In this document: one piece after another, positions 52,491 to 64,000 of the stretch
Layout: each line of letters opens with the position of its first letter
How positions within the stretch are numbered: position 1 is the stretch's first letter
From: Sphagnum compactum
Taxonomy: Eukaryota
Direction of reading: 5' to 3'
Assembly: GCA_965153455.1 (NCBI GenBank)
Contig: OZ234493.1
Coordinates: forward strand, 26,650,213-26,714,212
Length of the DNA: 64,000 nucleotides
Program-made: the position numbers and the translations under genes
The notes under the pieces: model-generated
Databases searched by the model: none
What the model saw: the letters and a program-made list of their open reading frames with translations, nothing else
Told to the model about the DNA's origin: nothing

Positions 52491-53180
52491 ATATATGATG
52501 ATAGAAAAATGTAAGAATCCTTATGTTAGGTTCAGCACTAAATAATGAAGACAAAAGTAAATTCAATTCAGAACTTGTGAGAAATTATTAACAAGTACAA
52601 AGTAAAAAAGGATACCTTAGGAGTTTCATTATGGTTATGCTGGAAACTTATGGGAAAACATTTTTAAAATATTTGGCATCAAAGTGAGAAACCCGCTAGG
52701 ATACTACTACCATATTGGCCAAAAACCAAGAGCATTGGACCCTTATATATTTCAGCATAACTGTTGGAACCCGTTGTAGAAATCTGGCAACCGTGTCTTC
52801 TCTGAAATTTGGTGAATTAGGTCCAATTTTTTCTTTAAAATGGGAATATTCCCATATATTCCCTATTTCCCTTCACCAAAAAATTGTTCTTTGAAAAAAT
52901 CTTTTGGAAATTTCTACATTTCTACAAATAATTTTATTAGTCTGAAGCTGCCAGGGTATACTACTACTTTACATAAAATGTTGCATGTCTTTTGGAACAA
53001 GAAAAAAGACCAGGCAATTTTTTTAAATACTAACTTAACTTAACATCCTGTCTCTAATTTTCTTCTTAGCCTGCCAACATCGTCATTCTAGCATCATCAT
53101 TTTTTTCTCTGGCAAACTAAAAACAGAAAATGCAATATACAAGTAGTGTATTTTATTGGGCTTTTGCATTTTCTTGAAAA

Positions 53181-53209
53181 ATATATCTATATATATATAT
53201 TTATATATA

Positions 53210-53256
<47 letters not shown>
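53181..53256. repeat. Interrupted (TA)n microsatellite
   Basis: About 75 bp of TA repeats with a few TT/TC interruptions. Confidence 0.95.
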
Positions 53257-55265
53257 TGCCAGATTTTGAAAAAAGTGATCCAAATCCCAAGATTTTTTGC
53301 ACTAGGTTTTGTATTGTAGTTAATATTATAGAAAATATGCAAAATATTTTTAACTTTTAAATCCTATTTTATGGCTAAACTTTGACTAAACCTTCTCATA
53401 CCTAGATGATTGCCCCCTTAGATTACATCACAAAATTGAAAAATAAAACACTGAAGTCACTCCTACACATCTGAGATCTTTTTCAGGGAAATGTTTTTCA
53501 CTGTGACCACAAAAAAGTTTGAAATTTTTTGGAAATTTTCGCTTTTAAGTGTAAATTCAGAAATTTTTTGCTAAAATTTTAGGAAGAAATCACCAAACTT
53601 TGGAAACCACAAAATTGGAAAAAAGAAACCAAAAAAAAAACACTGCTATACATACAAATACCTTTTTCCTTGCCCTTGTTTTTGGCGCCCCTTTTTTCTT
53701 CTCTTTGCTAGATTCTTTTCCTTGTTTGGCTTAAGATTGTTGCGTTGGCTTTGGTTGGATTTTGGGTGGTGAGGAAACTAGTGACTCATGCGAAGCAATT
53801 ATTATCAACTAGTGTGACTTTTGTGCGGTTGCCCAGAGTGTGAACTTGTTACCTAACTACCATTTCTTCTCCAAAACCAGATTTTATAATTTAGTTTAAT
53901 TTGACAAAGATTATTGATTATCAAAATTCAATATCTTCTCTAACTTTAGTCTACAATTTACAACATCATCCCTCATAAGATGATTCTCGTCAACTTAAAG
54001 AAAATGATGTGAACCTGTCAAACTTTATTAATGAAATAGTGCACCAGTGCACAGTATCGTAGTCGAATAGCATAGAAGGTTTGTTGAGTCTCCATCAAAT
54101 AATTGTTTAATTTTGAAGATTTCATTTCAAACGTATAAAATATTCTCAAACATTCCCAAAAAAGTGCTTCATTTTCCTTCTCAATTTTTAATTTCTTTGA
54201 GAAAAATATTTTTTGAAAATTTCAGCATGTCTAAAATTTATGTATAAATATATATACACACTCACACACATTTGCCAAACCTGCTATTCAAATAGGGTAG
54301 TATGTACATTACAAAAGGAAGGACGAACTTAAGAAAAGTCATCAAATGCAAACTCACATACTCACGCACCTAATCTGTTCAGGTAAGGACCTTTGGATGG
54401 GTGTGTGGTGTCTGGGAGGGGCCCATTAGGAGTGCAGATTGGCACTTGGGTTTGCTGGTTGCTCATCCACTCATAGAAAACAGAAACTTGGCTACTTACT
54501 GTGTACCACATGCCTTTGGGATTGTTCTTAATGAGTTCCCTAAGTTCCCAATGTGTTCTTCGACATGTTCTTAGCAACACTTCACTTCGTCCCATATTAT
54601 GTGTGCAATGTATTCCTCTTAAAACCTAAATTGGTGGACAAATATTGGGACTTATGTTTTTATGTTTAGAGTGACTACTCCTGTATTGAGGAGTCTCTAA
54701 AGTTTCAGAACTGCTTTTTTTTGTGATGGCCCAATGAGAGAGGCTCATTTAGAAAAAAAAATCCTGAACTTGGAAGGCAGCCCCCAACTAACAAATTTGG
54801 ATCACACTAACATAACATAACTATGTACATTACATGACATTTAGAATTGGATTAGTTCTTTTAAGGTCCATTCAGACCTAGAGGTAGCATATCTCAAAAA
54901 CGGCCATAAAGTTAGGTTAACATAGGTGATTTTTTTATTAAAAAATGAAAAGTATCCTATCCCTAGCAGACCCTATTTTACGACATTTTAGGACAATGAG
55001 AAATTGCTTAACTCTGCTCATACATGGTATGCTTATCGCTCGTAGTTAGGGCAACTTTAGGTTTAGGCTAGTTGTTGTTCACGATGATTAGTCGAAAGTT
55101 AGGCGTTGTCATCATGAACACACATTTTTCTCACAATGTGTTGGTAGTCATTCTTTGCAACTTCATTTGTGTGTTTTTGTTTTTCTTCAACTCTTCACCA
55201 TGACACCTTTGAAATTCTTTCTTTCTTTTTAGCTTGTGCAAGTTGTTTTGTGAATTCAAGAAGGC

Positions 55266-56382
55266 TTGCAATTATTTTGTGAGATTGAAAATGAAGAAAT
55301 GAAAGATTTGATGGTAGATTGTTGGGAGGATGATCACAAGTTGTTGTTTGAAATCGTGAAAAATAACATCATTCTACATCAACATCGAACCAATTGTAAT
55401 TTCGACCTGATGATGAGCATGAATATGGGCGATTGGGTCAAAACACGAAATACAACATGGTATTTGCACTTTCTCATTATTCAATACAATAATCAAAGGT
55501 GGGTTGAACATTTCAAAATGACTAGAAAAGTTATTGTGCAAATTATTAGAAACCTCAAATTGTTAATTCAAAGAAAAGACACAAAGCATAGGTCTGTTAT
55601 TCCTGTTGGCATTAGGGTTGTGTGTTTTTTTTATAAATTTTCTCATGGGATTGATTACCTACAATATAATGAAATGTTTGCCATTGGAAAGTCTTTAGTG
55701 AACATGGTACTCCATGATTTTATTTTTGCTATTAATGAGGCTTTAGAAATTAGGTTCAATGGCCACAAGGTGAAGATTCATTTCAGGTTATGATAGGGTT
55801 TAAATATTTGTGTGGATTGTTTCTGGTCCATGGTGCAATTGATTGCACACATATACATATTCAGAAGCTAACATGTGCATTCGTTGCTAATTTTTATCCT
55901 ACAAATTGAAGGCACACAGCCTCCAATTTCAAGTTGTTGTTGACTATGACAAACACTTTTGTAGTGTCTTTGTGGGCCTATCGAGTTCCATGAATGACTC
56001 CATGATACTATGGCTATCTAATTTCTACCAATAAACAACTTACAATAGCTTGTTCAACCTTGAGCTTAGATGCCAAGATGGAATATGTCCTTACATTCTA
56101 GGGGATAAAGGTTATTTTATGTTGCCATGCCTAATGATCCCCCATAAACAAAGTCCCAACATTCGACACACAATTTTGGAAGATGTCTACAATAGGCAAC
56201 TTTCAAGGGTAAGAAATGTTGTCAAAAATACATTCAAGATTCTTTCAAAAACTTTTAGAAAATTGTTAATGAAGAATATTGTTCTAGTTCTTTCCATACC
56301 TGATGTAATTGCATGTTGTTGTATGTTTTACAATCTGATCCTGGATGGTAGGGATGTCAAAGTCAATGCATTGATGTTTTAA
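55266..56382 (+). pseudogene. PIF/Harbinger (HARBI1-like, DDE_Tnp_4) transposase, inactivated
   Basis: WVEHFKMTRK...FAIGKSLVNMVL (HTH region); after a frameshift VQWPQG...CGLFLVHGAIDCTHIHI, QVVVD...VFVGLSSSMND, YILGDKGY, YNRQLSRVRNVVKNTF (third catalytic E appears as K), IACCCMFYN. In-frame stops and at least two frameshifts. Confidence 0.92.
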
Positions 56383-56609
56383 TTAAAGCCAGAAGCTCAA
56401 CACGATCCTAATGTTGTAACAAGGAAATGACGAAACAATATGGTAGGTTCGGGAAAAATGGAGCAAGAATGAAATTTCGGGATCTAACCAAAAACTCCTA
56501 CTTGAAGCATCACATTGTTTTCTCTTCAACTCATGTGTATTGGTTATTCACCACTAGTTGTTCATCCTCATCATATTTAAATAGGTGTATTGGAGGTGGC
56601 ACAAGATTC

Positions 56610-57500
56610 TAGTCCTTGAGGTTGGATAGGACATTGAACATGTTCTTATGCATTTTGTGAGCTTTCTTATCTCTTTCTTTCAAATATTGCAACTACTGCT
56701 TGAAAGTCTTCTTTTAAAATTTAGTCCTATTTTTGTCAATGTCTAGTTGCACAAAACTAATCTAATCCATGGCTTTCATAATTACTTTGTTGTTTTGATC
56801 CATGGCCTCAATGACGAGTGTAAAGATTGATGATCTTTTCACCTTAACTCATGTGCTTTCAAAAGTTGTTCCAACAACATTTATTGGCGGTTTGTTTCCT
56901 CTTATTGGTGTTTTGTGAGTTGGAAAATTAGAAAGGTTGATCACCACAGGACGTTGAGGCTAAGTTGGTCCAACCAACTATGAATATTTTTCGAGATTGA
57001 TCACAGTGCCTAGATTAAATCCTACATTAGGACCTTGATTGAATTCCTGAGCATCTTGCTTCTCCTCTAGAACGAAGTCATCTCCACAAAATTCTTCCAT
57101 GCATGAGCGAATTGATGGAGTTAATGGACCTACATTTAAACTTTCTTCCAATTATTCTCTTGTTGGTTGGCCATGAAATACATTCCATCTCTTTGCTGCG
57201 AAGCCTCATAAAGGAGCCTATACTTTATTATGTTTACATTTTCATCGAAAAGGTGGGAAGTTGGTGCAAGCTGATATTTTGGGGAATAAGAAACTCCCAT
57301 TGCTCATTAAGAACATTGTGTCAACTTTTACAAAGGATCGCTAGCATTATAAGAATGAGATCTGCTTGGAAGTTCTAGCAAAAAAATTGGAGTTCATTTT
57401 AAGTAGCGGCATGGTTTGCTTGAACATCTTCAAAGGAGTCGTGACATATGTCTACTTGGTCATTTTTGCATGTTTATGTGGCATTTCCATTTTCCTTTGT
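56610..57500 (-). pseudogene. Degenerate convergent second ORF of the Harbinger element (putative Myb/SANT-type partner; only the coiled-coil C-terminus is legible)
   Basis: Minus-strand 56835-56610 reads RSSIFTLVIEAMDQNNKVIMKAMD*ISFVQLDIDKNRTKF*KKTFKQ*LQYLKERDKKAHKMHKNMFNVLSNLKD*, a heptad-like helix, tail-to-tail with the transposase as expected for two-ORF PIF/Harbinger elements. A Myb domain itself was not recognised. Confidence 0.5.
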
Positions 57501-57899
57501 GTTGATTTCCAGCTCACAAATGTCACATTCTATTGAATAAGAAAACAAATGTAAAGTTCTTAAGATCATCCCTCATGATCTCGAGGGGAATAACTATGAA
57601 ATCATTGCCTTTGTTTATTTTCGGATGCTTTATGGTGTGGTTAAAAAAAATGTTACAACTAATGCAAATGAATAACCTCTCCACATCACAAAAGGTGTGC
57701 AAATGGGTGATGTTGATGTAAGTGAGGAGCCAGGTTCTCATCAGAGCAAAAGAGAAAACGATGTGAACAAAATCTTGAAAAGAGTAATGAAGTTTGAAAA
57801 GACCTCACACGATTTGGTTTTATGAACATACATGATACAACCACACAATTGATGTTACAAATAACTTCATGCAAGGAATGGAAATGCAGGAAAGACAAC

Positions 57900-58660
57900 T
57901 TGTAACAACAAACTTTGAATCATTCCAAGACATGTTAAATCACCTAACTACAACAATTTGGAAATCTTAGACAATGAGGAAATAATACAAATCCTAGCAA
58001 GTTTTTGTCATTCATGATAGTTATAATAACAATTGTTGGCAATAACAAGGTTAAATTGTCCTATCAAACACTTTTCAAAATACTACTACATGAAGAAGCC
58101 ATAAATTTAATAGTTCCTCAATAAAACGGAACGTGTCATGTTGTTAACATTTTACATAAACCATGCAAGCAATAAAGGCAAAAGATGGAACACATGTGAT
58201 TATCAAAGTCAAAAATCTAACAAAGGAAATCAAGATGGAAATGAAAGCTTTGAACTAATAGCCAAAATGATTACTTTTGTTTTTAAATGCCTTTTTTATT
58301 GTAATAAGAAGGGGCACATCATAACTAAATGTAAAAAGAAGGCCCAAGAAATATAACTAATAGGATTTTAAAGTCCAAACTAATACAAAAGATTTTAGTA
58401 ATAAAATTGGAGTTTAATTGTTCATTGTTGGTTTATTTCATGTTTAACATTATTTCCAAAAATACATGATATTTAGACCTATAATATTTATGTTCCCAAA
58501 TAAAACATGGTTTAGTGCCTACCAAAATTTTGATTTTTCAATACTAATATTTCAATTTTTTAGGAGATGATAACACTCAACATGCTTTAGGATAGGGCAT
58601 AATAACAATTTTGTACAAGTTTTAAAACACAAATACATTATGTGCTTCATGTATTAAAAT
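57900..58660 (+). mobile_element. Ty1/Copia gag-protease remnant
   Basis: CCHC knuckle C(L)FYCNKKGHIITKCKKK (about 58288-58340), decayed W-YLD protease motif (TGA TAT TTA GAC at about 58468) and LGDDNTQHALG*G (about 58560-58598), typical of the Copia protease region. Left boundary uncertain. Confidence 0.65.
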
Positions 58661-59495
58661 TGAAAAATAAATTATTACAATCTATTAACTAATTAATTAG
58701 AACACGTTTTGAAATTGCACTCAACAATTGTATCATAAAAGTAGCAATTGGTTATAAACTAACAACTTGATCATAAAATTAAAATTTGAAAATAATACAC
58801 ACATTGCCAATAGTGGATTTTCCAAACGTCAAAATTGGTCATTAATTTTACAAGTCCTTTCAAAATGGAATCAATTTTGTTTTTCTCAAAATTGAAGTGT
58901 TTCATGTTTTAAAATTCTCTAAATGGGCTTTCATTCATGTGAAATTTATTTATGGGTTTGTTTTTATAAGATCTAAATTGATGATATTGACATTTTTTTA
59001 TATGGGTTTTGATTTAAATTTAAGAGGTTTCATAAGTGCAAATGAACATTTAGTAATCAAAGATTATAATTACAAATATTTTAAAAATATAAACCATGTC
59101 CAGTTGAATATTCTTTCAAAACTAACTAAGGATTTGTATGGAGTTTGTGTATATTATATAGTACATACACCCTAAATGGCACAAATGTCATAGTATGGAA
59201 GATGAAAATTAAAATAATACTACTAAAATTATTTAAATTAGATGTGATACTTATATGTTGCAAAAACCATGTTTCCTCAAGGATCCACAATTTGCTTTTG
59301 ATAGACATGTTTTTTGTGTTTACAATCAATCAATGCAAGAATCTCATCTAAATTCCAATTACCATGGCGGTTGTGAATTACCTTCGCCTACTCTTCCTCT
59401 TCGTCTTCCCCTTGTAGCTTCCATCAACACAATTTTTTTGCCCACATTGTTTGTTGCATAGTCCATTACAGAACTTGATGATGTGATTAGCAAAT

Positions 59496-59612
59496 TTGAA
59501 GTGCGATAACAACAATGATGGAAAAGCTTTGAAGTGTGGTAGTAGCAATGATGGAAGAGCTTTGAGGTGCAACAATAGCTTGAGGTGTGACAACAGTGAT
59601 GGTGGAACAGCT
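59496..59612 (+). repeat. 33-bp minisatellite (3 full units + 1 partial)
   Basis: Units ttgaagtgcgataacaacaatgatggaaaagct / ttgaagtgtggtagtagcaatgatggaagagct / ttgaggtgcaacaatagc / ttgaggtgtgacaacagtgatggtggaacagct. Confidence 0.85.
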
Positions 59613-62600
59613 TTAAACTACGCATCAACGATGGCAAAAGTGCAAGAAGAAGTGATTGTCGTGTTGATAGATTACTACATATTAATCCATGGTGTAAATG
59701 TAACAATGTTGTTAAACAATAAAATCTAAGATTTGGCAAGATTTTTAACTACATATCAATACCTTCAATTTGGAGTTAACATAGAAACTTAAAATGAATG
59801 TTAAGCTGTCATGTAGACTTAGTTATTGATAATTTTGCGCATTTTTTAACGTTGTTAACTATTTACCTTTTTAACGATTCCATAATCACCATACCTTTAT
59901 TAGACAATTTGCACAAATGAATGGTGTTCTCTTTGTTTACCAATGAAGTTTTGTTGGGCCCTACCCTCATAGGGGACAAGGACTATTGGATCGGGAAGAA
60001 ATTTTCAATTTTTACCTTAAGTTAGTTAATTTCACATTGGCAGAAGTTGGTTTTTTTTGTGGGATGAAAGTTGAAGGATTAGCGTTATGGGGGATTCAAA
60101 TGTCCAATTTAATATTTTTTTCCTTTTGCCCCTCCACCTCCTTTCTTGAATTTCTTGCATTAGATTTTGTGGTCTTACTCAAGGTTGTGGGCTAGGTTAT
60201 GTGGATGGTAAGGGTTGTCAAAGTGGTGAAGGTGTATCTTGAGATACGAAAATTGTTGGAAGATCAAGTGTGGGTAAGTGTATGTTCTCTTTTAGTGTTA
60301 ATATACACAATCATATGCTTACCATTTCCAAAACCATTGAAAAGGTTTAGTGTTGAAACTAATGTTTGTTGCATCATGTTTTGTACCTCACGTTTGAACA
60401 ATCAACAAAATGTGCAAGTATCGCATGTACAGTTTGGATAGTATGGTGCCTTGTCTTGTTGTTTGATCACATTTGTTATCGATTAGCTTATATCAATGAA
60501 TGATCAAGGTCCAATCATAAGGAATAAAAGTATAGGTGTCTTTTCAAAGGAGTGCACTTGCCAACCCAATTTATTTTCACAAATCAAACTTCTTGTGGAG
60601 GATTGCAATTTTCTACACCCTTGCTAGGAAAAGAAAATTGGCATTTTTTAAGGATATGCCTAATGTGTGGCATGGGGCTTTAGAGTAGGGTTTTGCAACT
60701 CCATCATCACATAAGTTGTTGCCAAATTTGTGGCCCCTTGAAGCAAGAATTTTCACACTTGTTTTGGACTTGAATGAAACATTAATCCACTCAGATTGGA
60801 AGGTGAATATTCTCACCATGTTTTAGATTTTGTTGAATGGGTATTTCTTATTTTCCAAAACAAAGTTCTTGTTTATAGTAGTGATCTTTGCATATCAACT
60901 TGGATAAAGAATTTGACTCTAGTTACAATTAGCATATTTGGTAATGTTTTCATCTTAGTTGCGTGTTTTCAAGTATCATTTCTTTTCATTTTACAGCTTT
61001 TCTTATTCTGCATGAAACTAGAACAACTGACAACATTTCTATAGGTGGGCACATGTGTAGGATCTGACAAAGCTAAATCGAGATTTATCACATGTCATCT
61101 ACCTAAATGGGCATGTATTGAAATCATGTTTATAGCTTGTGAATGCATTACTTGTGAAAACGCAGAAGCTTGAAAACGATGATACATCTCTTTTGGACCT
61201 GCTACCTTTTCTTAAATGTATAACTACCTTCGCCCCCTTCCAAAATGTAGTTAATTTATCTTTGCTTTTCTCTTTCAATGCTCTTGCAATTTTGGGGATG
61301 TGAAGGAAGGTTATATATCTTATTGGCAAACTAATTTTATTTTTATTTTTTGACATCATATGTACATGAATTTGAATGGCAAGAAGTTCAATAGTGCTAT
61401 TTTGTGGTTTTGATTGGTGAAATTCATATGGACAAGAAGTTGCAGAGACAGAAAAAAATTTGGAGAAGACCTTTAGGGAAGTGAACACCAATGCTTCAAA
61501 ATGTGCCAAGGATGGAGGATTTCCATTGCTAGGCCTTCAGATTCTACCATGATTGTTGTACACCAAACATAACAATTATAATTATGTCTATTTGTCTTTG
61601 CATTTGCCCACTTATTTGACTTGCTTTGGCTCTTAAGCTTGTGCAACCAACTATGCAGGAAACTCTTGCTTCAATAACAACAATAGCTTTAGCTCTAAAT
61701 CCTATATTAGCTTCATTTGTTGAGAGTCAACATGAGATCTTGCAAGTACATTCCAAATTCAAAAACAAAAGGTTAGTCTCTTCAGTTTTCTTTTAGTTGG
61801 TGTTTCTATTGCACATGTCAAAATGAATAATAGACACTAACCTCACGGCTTGCAACTTAGAAGGCAACACATGTAACAAAAGTAGCACAAGCATGCGAGA
61901 CAACTTGCAATTTGATTAAACCACAGGTAAAGCTAGTTAGTACACAAGAGCTAAACATTAAAGTTGGAGATTTAAAAGGGGAAGGTGCAAATGCTGATAC
62001 TGAAGCTCTTGTAGAAACTAAAGGAATTACTATAGATTAATTTATAAAAAGTGCCTTCACATTTTCCACCCAAATGCCTACTATCCCTAATGCTGTAACT
62101 AGTGCATGCATGAAGTCAAGCAGGGCAGTACCTCTCAATAGTTTCATGGTTGGACTTCTCCACCCAATTTTCTTATTGCAAGTCATAATCCAACCACTAT
62201 TTCATGATTTTGTAACTTCAAGTGATGGTGGAATGAAAAATTGATTGTCATAATGTGTTGCCATTGTAATACACAATATTTTAGTGGATCAAATTAGGCT
62301 TTAATGATGACCAATGATGGCATGAAATATTGTTACAATACAAAGTCATAAGTCAAAATTTTATACACAAGTGTGGGATGTGGCAGATGTTAATGACATG
62401 CTACTTGTAATGGAGTTTATTTAGTGCATTCTTGACAATGAAATATCATATGCACGAGTAATTTTGTTAGTTTGTTGTGAATGGCAAGTAGAAAACATCG
62501 CAGATGCTTAGAGAATGTTTAGAGGTTTACCCTAAGCTCCTCCCACATGTAATGTAAATGTAGTGTAAATGTCATTATTGTTTAGGTGTGCTTAGTTGTA

Positions 62601-64000
62601 AGTTTCATGGGTTTCAAATTGTAAAACAATGAAATGTTAGATAATTCCATAGGGCCAAGGAATTTAAGAGATTTGATCACTTATAATAACTTGAGTGAAT
62701 AAGGATTCTTAGATGTCCTTTGATTCTAACAAATTATTTTGAACATGATTATAAAATTGTAAAACAAGGCAATGTTAATGTCATAATTCAATATGTTCAA
62801 AGAATTTAAGGTTTTGATCAAACAATAATTTGTTTGATTCAAGATTTCAATACATCCTTTGAAGGCATTAAATAATATTGAAACATCATAAACTTATTCG
62901 AATGTTGGTACTCCGAATGAATCCTTGTAAAGTTTAACAAATATTAATATTGATAGTTTTGTTATAATTGCAAAATGAGGTAATTAGTCTTGTTCACTAT
63001 AACAAACCCAAAATATGAAAACAAAATTCTTATATTCATATGGATTAATAAAATAAAATAAAACCCAAATTATTTGTTTTGAAAAACATTTGACTTGATA
63101 TTATATAAGTAAGTTTTTTTATTCAACTCTTGTTTCACCTAGTCACATCAATATAAGGTTGTAAATCAATTCTTTTTATATCTTAATACATAAAGAATCG
63201 GTGATTTTTTTTACTTCGAGGTCTTTGTTGATTCCATTAAGTTCACATATCAACTACCATAATACATAACTTGGATGTTAGGGACTAATTAATTATCTTT
63301 TAAAATTGCCAAAAATTTGGAAAAATAAATGTTTACCATGCCAAAAAACTCAGTAAAGCTCATGTTGCATATTTATATATATATATTTATTTTCCCAATA
63401 ATAAAATTCATTGTATGGAGTCACATTAGTTTCTGTATGGGTAATATGAACTATTAGAAAATTATAGTTTCATGTATGGGCTGTTGGAAAGTAATAGTTT
63501 ATTGTACTTTTAATAGATTTTCTTGTAAGAATACAGAAACACATGTCAACAAATGAGAACTAGTTTTTTATGCATGCTTAGTTGGAATTAAAACAATTAA
63601 TGTTCACTAGACAAATTTCAATTCACTTCTTGTTGAACCCTACAAGATGGGGTGGTAACCTTAAATCTAAAGACCTAAAACCTAACCCTAAAACCCTAGG
63701 GTTTCAACCTATTTCATTATAACAACTATATTGCATAAAGTTTAATTTTTGTTTTTGAGGTTTAATAATTCAAAAACTATGTTTTGCTTCCAATTTTTAA
63801 AAGATTCTATAAGTTATTGTAAGTAATGTGCATATTTGCTTTTTGAAGTTGAAAAATCTCATAAATGCTTTTGTTTATAGCTTCTCAAAAGAATTTAGGT
63901 AGTGTAAAGTATTTGGGTTCAACTTTGAATTATTCTATAGTTTACAAATCTTGGGAGTGTAGTGTCTTATCACCAATTTCCAGTTTTTGCCTTGTAAGAT

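Noticed and set aside
61099-61509. 136-aa minus-strand ORF
   Set aside because: Non-ATG start, no recognisable domain, lies in a decayed AT-rich block.

Overview
Eukaryotic, intron-rich land-plant genomic DNA. Gene style and repeat content suggest a bryophyte (moss-like) genome, which is inference only. Three intact spliced genes could be reconstructed by hand from GT-AG boundaries: (1) a quiescin-sulfhydryl oxidase QSOX (+, 1095-6107, 12 exons, about 510 aa, with a likely alternative last exon); (2) the mitochondrial import channel TOM40 (-, 8619-13540, 11 exons, 318 aa), convergent with QSOX; (3) a large ASHH2/SDG8-like H3K36 methyltransferase (-, 36276-50820) with CW, AWS, SET and post-SET domains, an apparent C-terminal SRI domain and a ULM-like KRKRPSRWD motif. 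The roughly 21 kb between TOM40 and ASHH2 and the 13 kb after ASHH2 are AT-rich blocks of decayed transposons. They include a fragmented Ty3/Gypsy element whose integrase ends in a PHD finger (split off by a TIR-bounded insertion), an RLE-type non-LTR retroelement, a PIF/Harbinger element with a convergent second ORF, a Copia gag/protease remnant, several MITE-like families, inverted motif arrays and microsatellites. No rRNA, intact tRNA or CRISPR was seen. Most short ORFs in the supplied track are non-coding or antisense artefacts.
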